This document shows positions 20,031-30,009 of a stretch of DNA of 64,000 nucleotides, one piece after another; the first letter of the stretch is position 1; each line of letters begins with the position of its first letter. Both the position numbers and the translations under genes were made by a program. The stretch comes from Bacteroidales bacterium. Lineage in GTDB: Bacteria > Bacteroidota > Bacteroidia > Bacteroidales > UBA6680. The notes beneath the pieces are model-generated. The model was given only the letters and a program-made list of their open reading frames with translations, was not told where the DNA came from and ran no database searches. The stretch covers positions 27,347-91,346 of the forward strand of contig JAOARD010000040.1 in assembly GCA_025210735.1 (NCBI GenBank), written 5' to 3'.

Positions 20031-20060
20031 AAAAGGCTCTTAGCGGAGCCTTTTGCTTTC
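20031..20060 (+). terminator. Intrinsic terminator/attenuator between tube and chaperone genes
   Basis: AAAAGGCTCTTAGCGGAGCCTTTTGCTTTC. Confidence 0.5.
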
Positions 20061-20105
20061 TAAAACAGAGTCTTTAAAAGAGTTTCATAAAAAATAAACA
20101 ACAGT

Positions 20106-20411
20106 ATGAGTAAAGAGTATAAAGGGCAGTTATCTGCAGCAGAGATTGCCGAGTTAAAAGCAAAGCATAAAGATATTTTTCAGTATAAAGTTGATGGTAA
20201 AATCTGCTACCTGCGCGATGTTACTATTGATGATATAGACTATGCTCAGACAGTTAAGAAGAGTAATATAGGGTTTAAGATGATGATTATTGATTCTATA
20301 TGGCTTGCAGGATGTGAGGAGATAAGATCAAATAAACGATATAAACTGGGATTGTCATCATTTGTAAGTGACCTTATAGAGATTGAGGTAGGTGAGTTGG
20401 ACAGGCTTTAG
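20106..20411 (+). CDS. Tail assembly chaperone (gpE/G-like), probable -1 frameshift extension to 20566
   Basis: 101 aa between tube and tape measure; -1 frame is open from 20396 to a TAA at 20564-20566 and encodes ...ADTVVEKTDSIRQINAQLRYYFKIDPKGLSIYERAKLYNELIWIRKMERGK with no ATG of its own. Confidence 0.5.
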   Translation: MSKEYKGQLSAAEIAELKAKHKDIFQYKVDGKICYLRDVTIDDIDYAQTVKKSNIGFKMMIIDSIWLAGCEEIRSNKRYKLGLSSFVSDLIEIEVGELDRL

Positions 20412-20648
20412 CCGATACTGTTGTTGAGAAAACAGACAGTATTCGGCAGATAAACGCCCAGTTACGATACTACTTTAAGATAGATCCCAAAGGACTAAGT
20501 ATTTATGAGAGAGCAAAACTCTACAATGAGCTAATCTGGATCAGAAAGATGGAGAGAGGTAAATAACCTCTCTTCTTTAGCCCCTAAACTAAACAACTCT
20601 ACTAAAGCAAAGCTCTCAGACAATGTAAAAATTAAATCAATTTAAAAT

Positions 20649-23489
20649 ATGTCAGATAATTATGATAAGATACTGAAGGCTGTTGAAGGTACCAATAATA
20701 GTTTGCAGGTTATTATTGCCGACCTGGCAAAAATACCAAAAGGTTCAGATGATGCTGTACTTAAAACTTTAGGTGGTAACTGGATGCAGCTTTTGGGTGC
20801 TATAGAGAGCTATGGAGCCGATGTTGAAGATACAGAGAATGAGTTATCGGATATACCGGGCGAGTTTAAGAATATTTTAGATAAGAACAACAGAGAGTTA
20901 CGTACTATATACGATGAGTTTGTACGCGATATGTTTGATGTTCTGTATCGTATAAAAGACATACAGTCACAGAGCAGAACGTTACAGACAGGCAGAACAG
21001 AACCAGCAGATATCAGACTCCTGAATACTACATCCCCGTTAGATTCAGGAAACATGAGTAGTATAGCTCCGTTAATGTTATCACCTGCTAATAATAACGG
21101 TATTAGTAATCCTGAACTTATGTTGCCTCAGCCAAACAGAGGAACCTCAGGAGCTATGTTGCCGGTGGCAAATAGCAGAAGAAACGAAGATGTTAATTCA
21201 ATAATAGAGAATACACGTGGTACTCAGCTTATGTTACCACAATCAAGCAGAGCTATGCTTCCGGTACCTCACAGATCAACTGTTAATAGTAACAGACCTG
21301 TAGTAACACCGGGAGATAATATAGTACATACACCACAGATTATTATGTCTCCTTCAGCTAACAGAAGTGAGAGAAGAGATTTGTACTCTGTAATCAGGAA
21401 TATATCAAGACCTATAGATATAACACCTGTGAATAGTGGCTCCGATAGCAGAACAGGTAACAGATCTGGTATTAGCAGGGCATTTGGCGGAATGAGAAGA
21501 GGTGTAGGAAAAGCTTTTGGAGGAATAAAAGGTGGATTAGGAAAGGCTCTGGGTGGTATAGGAGGCGGAATGCTTAAGGCAAACCCCTATGTTATGGCTG
21601 CATCAAAGGTTGCAGGAGTAATGTACGATGCCGGTAAAGCTGTTGTAGATGCCACAATGAAGTACGATAAGTATAATGATACATTGCAACGTACCTTCAG
21701 AGATACAACAAAGGCTGGTAATGCAATGGATATGCTTAAGAACTTTGCTACCGATACACCTTTCCAGATTGATGAGCTTACAGGATCATTCAGTCAGCTT
21801 ACCAAGGATGGTGTTGGACCAACCAAAGCACAGATGAAAAGTCTGGGTAATGTAGCATCATATAATGGACTAAGCTTCTCTGATATGACAAAGGCTCTTG
21901 TAGCAGCAGAGTCGGGTAAGGTAGACAGTTTGAGTGCACTTGGTGTTAAAGCAAAGGTTAATGGCGATAAAATATCGGTTGTATTTAAAGGGCAGAAAAA
22001 GGAGATTGAGAATACGGCGGCTGGTATACGTAAATATGTAACAGAGCTTGGTAATATGCCGGGAGTTGCAGGAAGTATGGCTGCTGCAAATGATACTATT
22101 GGAGCATCTATCCAAAATCTTGGTGAATCATGGACAGGCATGTTGGCATCTATTGGCGATGGACGCATGGGACCTCTTCAGAGTGTTTTGGATGGGCTTG
22201 GTGATGGCCTTAACTCAATTGGCGAGTGGTTTGAGATACCTGTTAGTGACAAAATAATGGAGGAGAAGGCCGAGATAAATGGTCTTGTTAATGCCATTAT
22301 TGCACTTAATGAAGGTGATTCAATGAGATTAGATCTGCTTAATCAGTTACAGCAGAGATATCCGGATGTAATTGGTGCAATTGATCTTGAGAAATTATCG
22401 AACGAACAGCTTGCAGAGAGTCTTAAACGTGTTAATGGTGAGTATGAGCGAAAATATAATTCTCAGAAAGCTAATGAAGAGAGAGCAGAAGAGCAGGAGG
22501 AGATTGATGAGTTAAAGCAGGAGCTTTTGGAGGTGAATACAGCCAGGGGTATCAAAGCTCGTATGAGTCAATTAAATAATGAACTTTTCAAAAAAGCCGG
22601 AGGTAAATGGCAAGAGTATCAAACATCTATGTTTGGTTCTGGTAGTATGCATTACAACAGTAAGGTTATTGGAACTGTAGAGTTTGAGGAGTATCAGAAA
22701 CTTCAGGAACAGCTTGGAGATCTTGGATTTAAGTATAAGCTTGGTACTGTAAATTATGAAGAAAAGATAAAGAGTATTCAGGCAGAGATTAGTAAACATG
22801 AGAAGAAGCAAAAGGATATTACTAATGTAGAGCAGTTAGGAAGACGTTCCAGTGTTTTTGAAGATGCCAAAGATCTGGGAATTGATGTTACAGATGATAA
22901 GAATGGTAACTATGCCAGATTGTTCGGGCAAGACAAAGCTCTGTATGATAAGTTTGATAAGATAGTTAAAGAGGATTATAAAGATCTTGACGATACTGAA
23001 TTTAAATTTCTGGAGGAGGTTCTTTCAGGAAAACTGGTAAAGAGTCAGAAGAGTAAGAAGGAGGTTCTTGATAAATCATCTAAAGTGGATGCCAGTGTAT
23101 TTAAAGGTAATAAGAAAGTTAAGGAAGAATATATAAACCTTAAGAAGCAGAGTGTTTATGAACTTGATGATAAAGAGACTAAGCGCCTTAAAGAGATACT
23201 TAGCATGCCTTCTGCTCAGAAAAGTTTTAATTCTAAAAAAGGCAAAGCCGGAAATGAGAATTCATCATTAACAGGATCAGAAACATCAAGAGTAAATAAC
23301 GGACCACTTGAGGTTGCATCGGGAGGATCACGTGCTACCCATATAAATACCACCGTGCAGAAACTTGTTGAGAGTATTGTGATAAATGCCCAAGGTAAAG
23401 ATATGGGCTATATAAAAGAGAATATACAGGCAACAGTTGAGGAGGCTCTGCTGCGTGCTCTGAACTCGGCTAACGCTATAGCAAATTAA
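20649..23489 (+). CDS. Tail tape measure protein
   Basis: 946 aa; Gly-rich GKAFGGIKGGLGKALGGIGGG segment; long coiled-coil, Lys/Glu-rich C-terminal half; position after the chaperone. Confidence 0.7.
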   Translation: MSDNYDKILKAVEGTNNSLQVIIADLAKIPKGSDDAVLKTLGGNWMQLLGAIESYGADVEDTENELSDIPGEFKNILDKNNRELRTIYDEFVRDMFDVLYRIKDIQSQSRTLQTGRTEPADIRLLNTTSPLDSGNMSSIAPLMLSPANNNGISNPELMLPQPNRGTSGAMLPVANSRRNEDVNSIIENTRGTQLMLPQSSRAMLPVPHRSTVNSNRPVVTPGDNIVHTPQIIMSPSANRSERRDLYSVIRNISRPIDITPVNSGSDSRTGNRSGISRAFGGMRRGVGKAFGGIKGGLGKALGGIGGGMLKANPYVMAASKVAGVMYDAGKAVVDATMKYDKYNDTLQRTFRDTTKAGNAMDMLKNFATDTPFQIDELTGSFSQLTKDGVGPTKAQMKSLGNVASYNGLSFSDMTKALVAAESGKVDSLSALGVKAKVNGDKISVVFKGQKKEIENTAAGIRKYVTELGNMPGVAGSMAAANDTIGASIQNLGESWTGMLASIGDGRMGPLQSVLDGLGDGLNSIGEWFEIPVSDKIMEEKAEINGLVNAIIALNEGDSMRLDLLNQLQQRYPDVIGAIDLEKLSNEQLAESLKRVNGEYERKYNSQKANEERAEEQEEIDELKQELLEVNTARGIKARMSQLNNELFKKAGGKWQEYQTSMFGSGSMHYNSKVIGTVEFEEYQKLQEQLGDLGFKYKLGTVNYEEKIKSIQAEISKHEKKQKDITNVEQLGRRSSVFEDAKDLGIDVTDDKNGNYARLFGQDKALYDKFDKIVKEDYKDLDDTEFKFLEEVLSGKLVKSQKSKKEVLDKSSKVDASVFKGNKKVKEEYINLKKQSVYELDDKETKRLKEILSMPSAQKSFNSKKGKAGNENSSLTGSETSRVNNGPLEVASGGSRATHINTTVQKLVESIVINAQGKDMGYIKENIQATVEEALLRALNSANAIAN

Positions 23490-23502
23490 AAACTAAACAG
23501 TT

Positions 23503-24150
23503 ATGGACGATATAAAAAGAGGTAGCGCACCGGTAGGTGACGACTTTAGTGGTGTAGGAGATAATATTACACTTAAGGATAGTATTGAATATCTGTGGGG
23601 ATTCAGAGGAGTGCCATTTCCTGGTGACTTTAGTGAGATTAAGGAGGGGCATATTGGGAAAAGACTAAAATACTATGGTGATAAGCTTGAAGAACTGGAT
23701 GATAAGGGATTTAAGATCTTTACTGAAGGACTTAAGGGTAAGAAGATAGAATCACCGATAACCGTTTTAATTGACGGATTAGAATATCAATTGCCACTTC
23801 CTACATTTAAGATTACCGGAACAAAGAATATTGTGTCAACGCCCCTGGCAGCCGGAGTAGGTTCTGTAAAGGAGCTTGTAAGTGTTAATGGGTTTATTAT
23901 TGAAGTCAGCGGACTTATATACAGTAGTGCACAAGAATATCCACAGAAAGAGATTGCGGAGTTTAAGAAGATATGGAAACATAACGATGTTGTTACATTA
24001 CAGAATGTTGTAATGGCAGAATTTCTTGAAGAGAAAGACAATGTGGTGGTAAAAGAGGTTGAGATATCTGATGAAAAGGGTATTCTGAATGGTATACCAT
24101 ATAAGTTGAAGTTTGAGAGTAATAATCCGATAGAACTAATAATTAATTGA
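23503..24150 (+). CDS. Tail protein (gpU/distal tail-like)
   Basis: Synteny only. Confidence 0.4.
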   Translation: MDDIKRGSAPVGDDFSGVGDNITLKDSIEYLWGFRGVPFPGDFSEIKEGHIGKRLKYYGDKLEELDDKGFKIFTEGLKGKKIESPITVLIDGLEYQLPLPTFKITGTKNIVSTPLAAGVGSVKELVSVNGFIIEVSGLIYSSAQEYPQKEIAEFKKIWKHNDVVTLQNVVMAEFLEEKDNVVVKEVEISDEKGILNGIPYKLKFESNNPIELIIN

Positions 24151-24156
24151 TAGCCT

Positions 24157-25143
24157 ATGTATGTATTGAGTTGTGAAATAGATATAAACGGTAAAGTGTT
24201 TAAGAGTGTAAACTCTGTAAATATAAAGCGTTCTGTACATACACTATCAGATAGTGCTACAATAAAACTACCAAAGACAGCTATTCAGAAAAAAGAGGAT
24301 AAAACCTTTCAGGCTTATGATATTGCAGAGACAATAAAGGTAGGAGAGAAGGTGACTATTAAACTGGGCTATAATGGGAAAAACAATACCGAATTTGTTG
24401 GATTTGTTAGCAAAGTTACAACATCAATGCCGGTTGTTATTGAGTGTACAGATTTTAGCTATCTGCTCACCAAAACCAGTTTCAGAAAGAGTTTTAAGGA
24501 TACTACACTTGAAGAGGTTCTTAAGTTTATAATAAAAGGTATTGGAGAGGTTAAATTGTCAGATAAGTGCCGTAAGATGAATATCAGTTACATGGTGCTG
24601 AGTTCAAAATCAAATGGAGAGATAACTGCTTTGGAGGCACTTAGAAGACTTCGTGATAAATATAGTCTGGCAATATATTTTAAGAGTGATGGTACGCTGT
24701 ATGTTGGTGGTCAGTACGATGAAAAGGGCGAAGATTCGGCATATAAAATAGGATATAACACTGTTTCTGATCAGCTAAAATATCTTGATGCCGAAGAGAG
24801 AAAGATTAAAATCACCGCAGAGTCATACGATAAAACCGGGCAGAAATATAAAGGTGAGTTCGGAGATAGCGGTGGTGCTAACAGAACAATATTCTTGTTT
24901 GGTATAACCGATGAGCAGAAACTTAAAGAGTTTGCGGAGGAGGAGGTTAAACGATACACCTATTCGGGATTTGAAGGAGCATTAACAGGTTTTATGCAAC
25001 CATTTGTACAACCAACAGATAGTGTGAATATTATAGATCCTAAGTTTAAGCGCGATGACGAGAAATACTTTGTTGTAAGCACCGATGTTACCTATGGTAC
25101 AGGAGGAGGAAGGCGTGTTGTTGAATTAGGAATAAAACTGTAA
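24157..25143 (+). CDS. Baseplate hub / late control gpD-like protein
   Basis: 328 aa following the gpU-like gene as in P2-like tails; weak similarity only. Confidence 0.4.
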   Translation: MYVLSCEIDINGKVFKSVNSVNIKRSVHTLSDSATIKLPKTAIQKKEDKTFQAYDIAETIKVGEKVTIKLGYNGKNNTEFVGFVSKVTTSMPVVIECTDFSYLLTKTSFRKSFKDTTLEEVLKFIIKGIGEVKLSDKCRKMNISYMVLSSKSNGEITALEALRRLRDKYSLAIYFKSDGTLYVGGQYDEKGEDSAYKIGYNTVSDQLKYLDAEERKIKITAESYDKTGQKYKGEFGDSGGANRTIFLFGITDEQKLKEFAEEEVKRYTYSGFEGALTGFMQPFVQPTDSVNIIDPKFKRDDEKYFVVSTDVTYGTGGGRRVVELGIKL

Positions 25144-25186
25144 CCCCTTTGGTCAGATAATTTATTAACCAAAAACTATATAATCT

Positions 25187-25927
25187 ATGAGTAAAACTAC
25201 TGAGCAGATATACAGAGTAATACGCGATATTGCTTCTGATGATGAGGAGATGATATTTAGTGGTACTGTTGCTGAGGTACTTGAAGAGGAACAGGCGATA
25301 ACTGTAAAGATAAATGAGGATATTGAGATCCCTAATGTACTGCTAAGATCGTTAAGTGGTAAAAATACCGGTCTTGTTGCTTTTCCTAAGTTAGAATCGC
25401 ATGTGGTATGTGCTAAATCGTTACAACATGATTTCTCATATGTAATAATGTATTCAGACATTGATAAGATGGAGTATACAGGAGAGAATATGAACTGGAT
25501 GTTTAGCGATGTTGATAAAACGCTTCTGTTTGTAAATGGTGAGGTACAATCTGAGATAACCGATACCAGCATAAATGTTACTAATAAGGATGTTAGTATA
25601 GCAATTGCTGATAATCAGATAACTGTCACAAATGGTAAAGCATCGGTTGAGATTAAGGATGATACCATTGTTATGAACGAGGGTGGTAACGATGGTCTTG
25701 TTGTAATAGGATCGCTAACCGAAAAACTGAACGGGTTGGTAAAAGAGGTTGACGCTATAGGTAAAGATGTAAATGATCTTAAAAAAGGAATAGGTAAATG
25801 GGTTGCAAAAGCTAATGATGGGGGAGCTTCATTAAAATTAGCTCTTACATCATGGTTCGGAAAGCAAATTGCTGCTACAACCAAATTCAGTAAACCTGAT
25901 TACGAGAACCAGAAAGTAAAACATTAA
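25187..25927 (+). CDS. Baseplate spike (gpV/VgrG-like) protein
   Basis: N-terminal OB-like region then repeated beta-strand motif VTNKDVSIAIADNQITVTNGKASVEIKDDTIVMNEGG typical of spike beta-helix. Confidence 0.45.
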   Translation: MSKTTEQIYRVIRDIASDDEEMIFSGTVAEVLEEEQAITVKINEDIEIPNVLLRSLSGKNTGLVAFPKLESHVVCAKSLQHDFSYVIMYSDIDKMEYTGENMNWMFSDVDKTLLFVNGEVQSEITDTSINVTNKDVSIAIADNQITVTNGKASVEIKDDTIVMNEGGNDGLVVIGSLTEKLNGLVKEVDAIGKDVNDLKKGIGKWVAKANDGGASLKLALTSWFGKQIAATTKFSKPDYENQKVKH

Positions 25928-25931
25928 AGCA

Positions 25932-26264
25932 ATGATAGATATAAAACATATTGATACCATTCCTGAAGGAGGTGATCCCTCGATGCTTGGCGATATTGAT
26001 ATATCAGGAGGAGACCTGAATATTGTAAAGAATGCTGTTTATCAGCATCAACGAGATATTATAATGATGCACAAAGGCGAGGTTAAGTGTGCTCCGGCAA
26101 TGGGGGTAGGTGCATCAGATTTTATCGATGATGCTGATGAGGCCACAATTATCGGGGTTATTCGTCGTGAATTAGTACGCGACAAGCAGACTGTAGAGAG
26201 GATAGGTTTTAGAAATGGCAAACTTGAAATAGAGGCTTATTATGAAGAAGATAAAGACGGTTGA
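25932..26264 (+). CDS. Baseplate wedge gp25/gpW-like protein
   Basis: 110 aa, position between spike and gpJ-like. Confidence 0.4.
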   Translation: MIDIKHIDTIPEGGDPSMLGDIDISGGDLNIVKNAVYQHQRDIIMMHKGEVKCAPAMGVGASDFIDDADEATIIGVIRRELVRDKQTVERIGFRNGKLEIEAYYEEDKDG

Positions 26265-26490
26265 TGGACAGAATGTATTTGATATTGCTGTACAGGAGTA
26301 TGGTAATGTAGAGGCTGCTTTTGAGGTGCTAAGACTTAATCCTCATATTGTTAGCAGCGATACAGATTACAACTATGAGTTATCAAAAAGTATAAAACCA
26401 GGAGTTGAACTGAGTATTGATACTGATAGTGATCTGTACAGACCCAAAATAAAACGAGAGTTGGAGAACAAAAACATAATATCAGATTAA
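26242..26490 (+). CDS. Hypothetical small baseplate-associated protein
   Basis: ORF, overlaps neighbours by a few codons. Confidence 0.3.
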   Translation: MKKIKTVDGQNVFDIAVQEYGNVEAAFEVLRLNPHIVSSDTDYNYELSKSIKPGVELSIDTDSDLYRPKIKRELENKNIISD

Positions 26491-26491
26491 T

Positions 26492-27343
26492 ATGGAACAG
26501 TATAATACGTTGGCAGCCTGCAGAGAGGCTGTAGAGAGCAAATCGCGCGAGAGATTTGGTGACAAACTGGATACTTCCGGAGCTTCAGAATGGGGATTAT
26601 GGATAGGAATTCTCTCATACTGTATCTGGATATTTAACAATATTCTAAATCTCTTTAAGAGAGATGTTGAGGCCAGTATACAGAGTAAAAAGATGTTTCT
26701 TTTACCATGGTACGCAAAGATGATAAAGGAGTTTCAGCTTGGCGACAGTCTTGTTACAGATAAGAGTGGGATTACTTCATATCCGGTTGTTGATGAGAAG
26801 AAGAGAATAATTAAACATGTAACTATTAGAGAGACAACAGAGGGATTATCTATTAAGGTTGCAAAAGAGATTGATGATAACGGGGTTAAAAAACTGGCAC
26901 CTTTAAACAGGGCTACAGATGAGTTTATACAGTTTAAACGTTATGTAGAGAATCGTAAAGCTCCGGGAACAAAGATAGAGTATATATCGTTAGGTCCTGA
27001 TGTGGTATACCTTGATACAGATATCTATTACGACTCACTCTATATCCCAATGTCTGGCGACAATGCAGTTGATTCGGTTAAAGGTAATGTGCTCAGAACA
27101 CTTGAGGAGTATAAAGAGAGCCTTGGTTACGAGGGGATTATTTATGTGTCTGATCTTGAGAAGAGACTATCTGAGACCGATGGTGTAGTTACAGCAAAGA
27201 TAAACCTTATAAAAGGAACTCAGGGTAGTGCAGTTACCACGTTTGATGTTGCCTATATTCTTAAATCAGGTTATTTCAACTTTGATGACAGTGTAGTTGT
27301 AAACATGCATAATAGTGCTGATTTTCTTAAGACTATAAACTAA
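26492..27343 (+). CDS. Baseplate J-like protein
   Basis: 283 aa, synteny W-J-I-H. Confidence 0.45.
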   Translation: MEQYNTLAACREAVESKSRERFGDKLDTSGASEWGLWIGILSYCIWIFNNILNLFKRDVEASIQSKKMFLLPWYAKMIKEFQLGDSLVTDKSGITSYPVVDEKKRIIKHVTIRETTEGLSIKVAKEIDDNGVKKLAPLNRATDEFIQFKRYVENRKAPGTKIEYISLGPDVVYLDTDIYYDSLYIPMSGDNAVDSVKGNVLRTLEEYKESLGYEGIIYVSDLEKRLSETDGVVTAKINLIKGTQGSAVTTFDVAYILKSGYFNFDDSVVVNMHNSADFLKTIN

Positions 27344-27383
27344 TATAGGTTTAATATGACCATTAAAAAACAAATTTAGACAT

Positions 27384-27866
27384 ATGAATCTTAATTTAGA
27401 TATAAAAAGCTTTGTAAACAGGATGATTCCTGTTCACAAAAGACAGCCTGTGCGTCTGAAAATACTTGGATTCTTTGCCGATCTGATGTCTGAGATATAT
27501 AACGATTATGCAAGCTACAGGGATGAGTTGTTATATCGGTTTAACGTTACAGGAGAGGTGCTTAGTCTTAAGAATTTTCTTAACCGGCAGATCCCTGAGG
27601 CAGGTGGCAGAATAGATATTATACACGGAAAAGAGAATGGGTTCTCAATTCAGCTAAGATCTGAGCAGGGGTATAATTATCTGCAACTAAGCAATAGCGA
27701 TGGTAACCAGTTTGTAGAGGTAGCTTTGCGCGGAGAGATATTAGATCCTTTTACAGAGTCGTTTGCAGTAGAGGTGCCTGAGCATGTAAATACCGATAAA
27801 GTGCTTGCAATTGTTAACGAGTACCGACTTGCAGGTAAGAGCTTTAAAATAATCAATAAACAGTAA
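27384..27866 (+). CDS. Tail protein gpI-like
   Basis: 160 aa preceding the fibre gene; upstream AAACAAATTTAGACATATGA start context shared with lanB. Confidence 0.4.
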   Translation: MNLNLDIKSFVNRMIPVHKRQPVRLKILGFFADLMSEIYNDYASYRDELLYRFNVTGEVLSLKNFLNRQIPEAGGRIDIIHGKENGFSIQLRSEQGYNYLQLSNSDGNQFVEVALRGEILDPFTESFAVEVPEHVNTDKVLAIVNEYRLAGKSFKIINKQ

Positions 27867-27874
27867 CAAAACTA

Positions 27875-27975
27875 AATACATATGAAACGAAGCATGAGAA
27901 AGAATTTTCACACACACGAGAATGATTATTATGCGAAGTTCCATCTGACCATTAAAAAGAAAAAATAAACAGATG
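27875..27975 (+). repeat. Conserved start-codon-proximal element, copy B
   Basis: ACATATGAAACGAAGCATGAGAAAGAATTTTCACACACACGAGAATGATTATTATGCGAAGTTCCATCTGACC...AAACAGATGAAAAG; ends in the fibre gene ATG. Confidence 0.8.
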
Positions 27976-30009
27976 AAAAGACAAGTACAGGCAGAGGGTG
28001 TACGTCAGTGGTATGGCGATGATCTGATATCTCTGCAGAGTGAGCCGATGAAGGTTCTTGACAAATTTTTTGAGGATTATGGTAATATGATAATCTCAGG
28101 ATGTAAGGTTAAAGGTAATAGTATAACCCCTGGTTTAGTAGGATTAACTTATGAAAACGAAGGTAGTTCTATATATAAGGTTTGTGAATTCAGAGGACTT
28201 GACTCTGTAGAGTCATGGCCGGTATTTCTGTCGTTATCAAAAGAGGTTATAGATGGTAAATATGCCTCAGAGCAGACAAAACCAATTATTGAGCAGTATA
28301 TTGCTAAACCCGATTATCTTGAACCGGATGGTATCTACATAAGTATTAATAGTAACGGACAGGTATTTGCATATGAAAGCGATGATGCAATAGAGACCAG
28401 AATGGTTACATTACGTGAAATAAATGACTGGAATAGATCCAGAGCAGATGCAGTATCAGATGTAAGAGGAGGAGTTCCTTCTAATGTAAATACACTTAAG
28501 CAGCTTTATAACTGGGTGCAGGCTAACTATCTGCAGAAGACATTAAGAAGTAATAGCCATACATCAACATCAACAGAGAGTGTTGCAACTAGTAAGGCAG
28601 TTAACGATTCAAAAACAAGCGTTATATCAACAATCAGAGATGGTGCTGCTCCGGCATATAATACATTTAAAAAACTGTATGATTATGTTGTTGGCAACTA
28701 TATTCTTAACTCAAGAGTTAATGACAGTCACTCGTCTGCATCAACAAATAATGTAGCATCAAGTAAAGCAGTATTGGATGCAAAAACAAATGTGTTGTCA
28801 ACAATACGTGGTGGTATATCAACAACGTATGATACCCTTAAGAAGTTATATGATTATGTTGTTAATAACTATATATCTAATGGCAGAGTAAGTAACCTGC
28901 ATACATCTCAGTCAACAACAAATGTTGCTTCAAGTAAGGCTGTTTATGATGCAAAGAGTAGTGTTCTGTCTACAATTCGTGGAGGAGTATCTTCGTCATA
29001 CGATACCCTTAAGGAGTTATATGATTATGTTGTTAATAATTATGTTTCTAATGGTAGGGTAAGTAATCTACATACATCAGACTCAACAACAAATGTGGCC
29101 TCAAGTAAAGCTGTAAAAGATGCAAAAAGTAGTGCTGTTTCAATAGTAGTTGGAGGAGAGGCAACATATAATACATTAAAGAAACTGTATAATTATGTTG
29201 TAGGTAACTATGTTTCAAAATCAAGTATTAATAGTAGCCATACCTCAACCTCAACCTCAACTGTAGCATCAAGTAAAGCTGTTTATGATGCAAAGAATAG
29301 TGTACTGTCTACAATTCGTGGAGGAGTATCTTCGTCATATGATACCCTTAAGGAGTTATTGGATTATGTGACTGGTAATTATGTCTCTAATTCAAGGGTG
29401 AGTGATAATCATACTTCAAGTTCTAAAACAGATGTAGCGTCAAGTAAGGCTGTAAAAGATGCAAAGAGCAGTGTTATTTCAACATTACTTGGAGGAGAAT
29501 CTACATATAATACGTTAAAGAAAATGTATAATTATATTGTAGGTAATTATATCGCAAAATCTAAAATTAGTAATAGTTATACATCATCTTCTACAACCAA
29601 TGTTGCTTCAAGTAGAGCTGTAAGAGATAGTGTAAGTAGTGTAAAGAGAGAGCTTGGATTTAATATTATTGACTCATGGAGTAAATCTCATAATTCACAA
29701 TCTGGATACGAGATACAGCTAACTGCTGTTAAGTATGTAAATGGAATGGTTCGTTTATGTATTAAATCAGATGATAGTCCTGGGCAGGTTACAGATCCTG
29801 GATATTTACTTGAACTACCAGAGATGTACAGACCTGTTGAGGATGTAACATTTGTTGGGTCAGGCTCTATTAGTGGTAGAGATATTAATCTGACAAAATA
29901 TAAATTATTAAAATCAGGTAGATTGGAAAATGGAACAATTACGCATGCTACTGTAATGTATCAGGCAGTTATGACAATGAGTGAGTTTGATGATTATTAT
30001 GTTTGTTAA
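27973..30009 (+). CDS. Tail fibre protein with about 6.5 tandem ~58-aa repeats
   Basis: 678 aa; repeats of ...HTSxSTTNVASSKAV(Y/K)DAKSSVLSTIRGGVSSSYDTLK(E/K)LYDYVVNNYVSNGRVSN between roughly 28540 and 29650. Confidence 0.7.
   Translation: MKRQVQAEGVRQWYGDDLISLQSEPMKVLDKFFEDYGNMIISGCKVKGNSITPGLVGLTYENEGSSIYKVCEFRGLDSVESWPVFLSLSKEVIDGKYASEQTKPIIEQYIAKPDYLEPDGIYISINSNGQVFAYESDDAIETRMVTLREINDWNRSRADAVSDVRGGVPSNVNTLKQLYNWVQANYLQKTLRSNSHTSTSTESVATSKAVNDSKTSVISTIRDGAAPAYNTFKKLYDYVVGNYILNSRVNDSHSSASTNNVASSKAVLDAKTNVLSTIRGGISTTYDTLKKLYDYVVNNYISNGRVSNLHTSQSTTNVASSKAVYDAKSSVLSTIRGGVSSSYDTLKELYDYVVNNYVSNGRVSNLHTSDSTTNVASSKAVKDAKSSAVSIVVGGEATYNTLKKLYNYVVGNYVSKSSINSSHTSTSTSTVASSKAVYDAKNSVLSTIRGGVSSSYDTLKELLDYVTGNYVSNSRVSDNHTSSSKTDVASSKAVKDAKSSVISTLLGGESTYNTLKKMYNYIVGNYIAKSKISNSYTSSSTTNVASSRAVRDSVSSVKRELGFNIIDSWSKSHNSQSGYEIQLTAVKYVNGMVRLCIKSDDSPGQVTDPGYLLELPEMYRPVEDVTFVGSGSISGRDINLTKYKLLKSGRLENGTITHATVMYQAVMTMSEFDDYYVC
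28540..29650 (+). repeat. Intragenic tandem repeat array (about 175-183 bp unit) inside the tail fibre gene
   Basis: Six full and one partial protein-level repeats; units 3 and 5 nearly identical (AVYDAK(S/N)SVLSTIRGGVSSSYDTLKEL). Confidence 0.7.

Noticed and set aside
20810-22257. Short ORFs overlapping the tape measure gene (20810-21055, 21794-22168, 21870-22115, 22048-22257)
   Set aside because: The long uninterrupted +1 frame with TMP features accounts for this region. The overlapping ORFs are Ser/Pro/Leu-rich artefacts.
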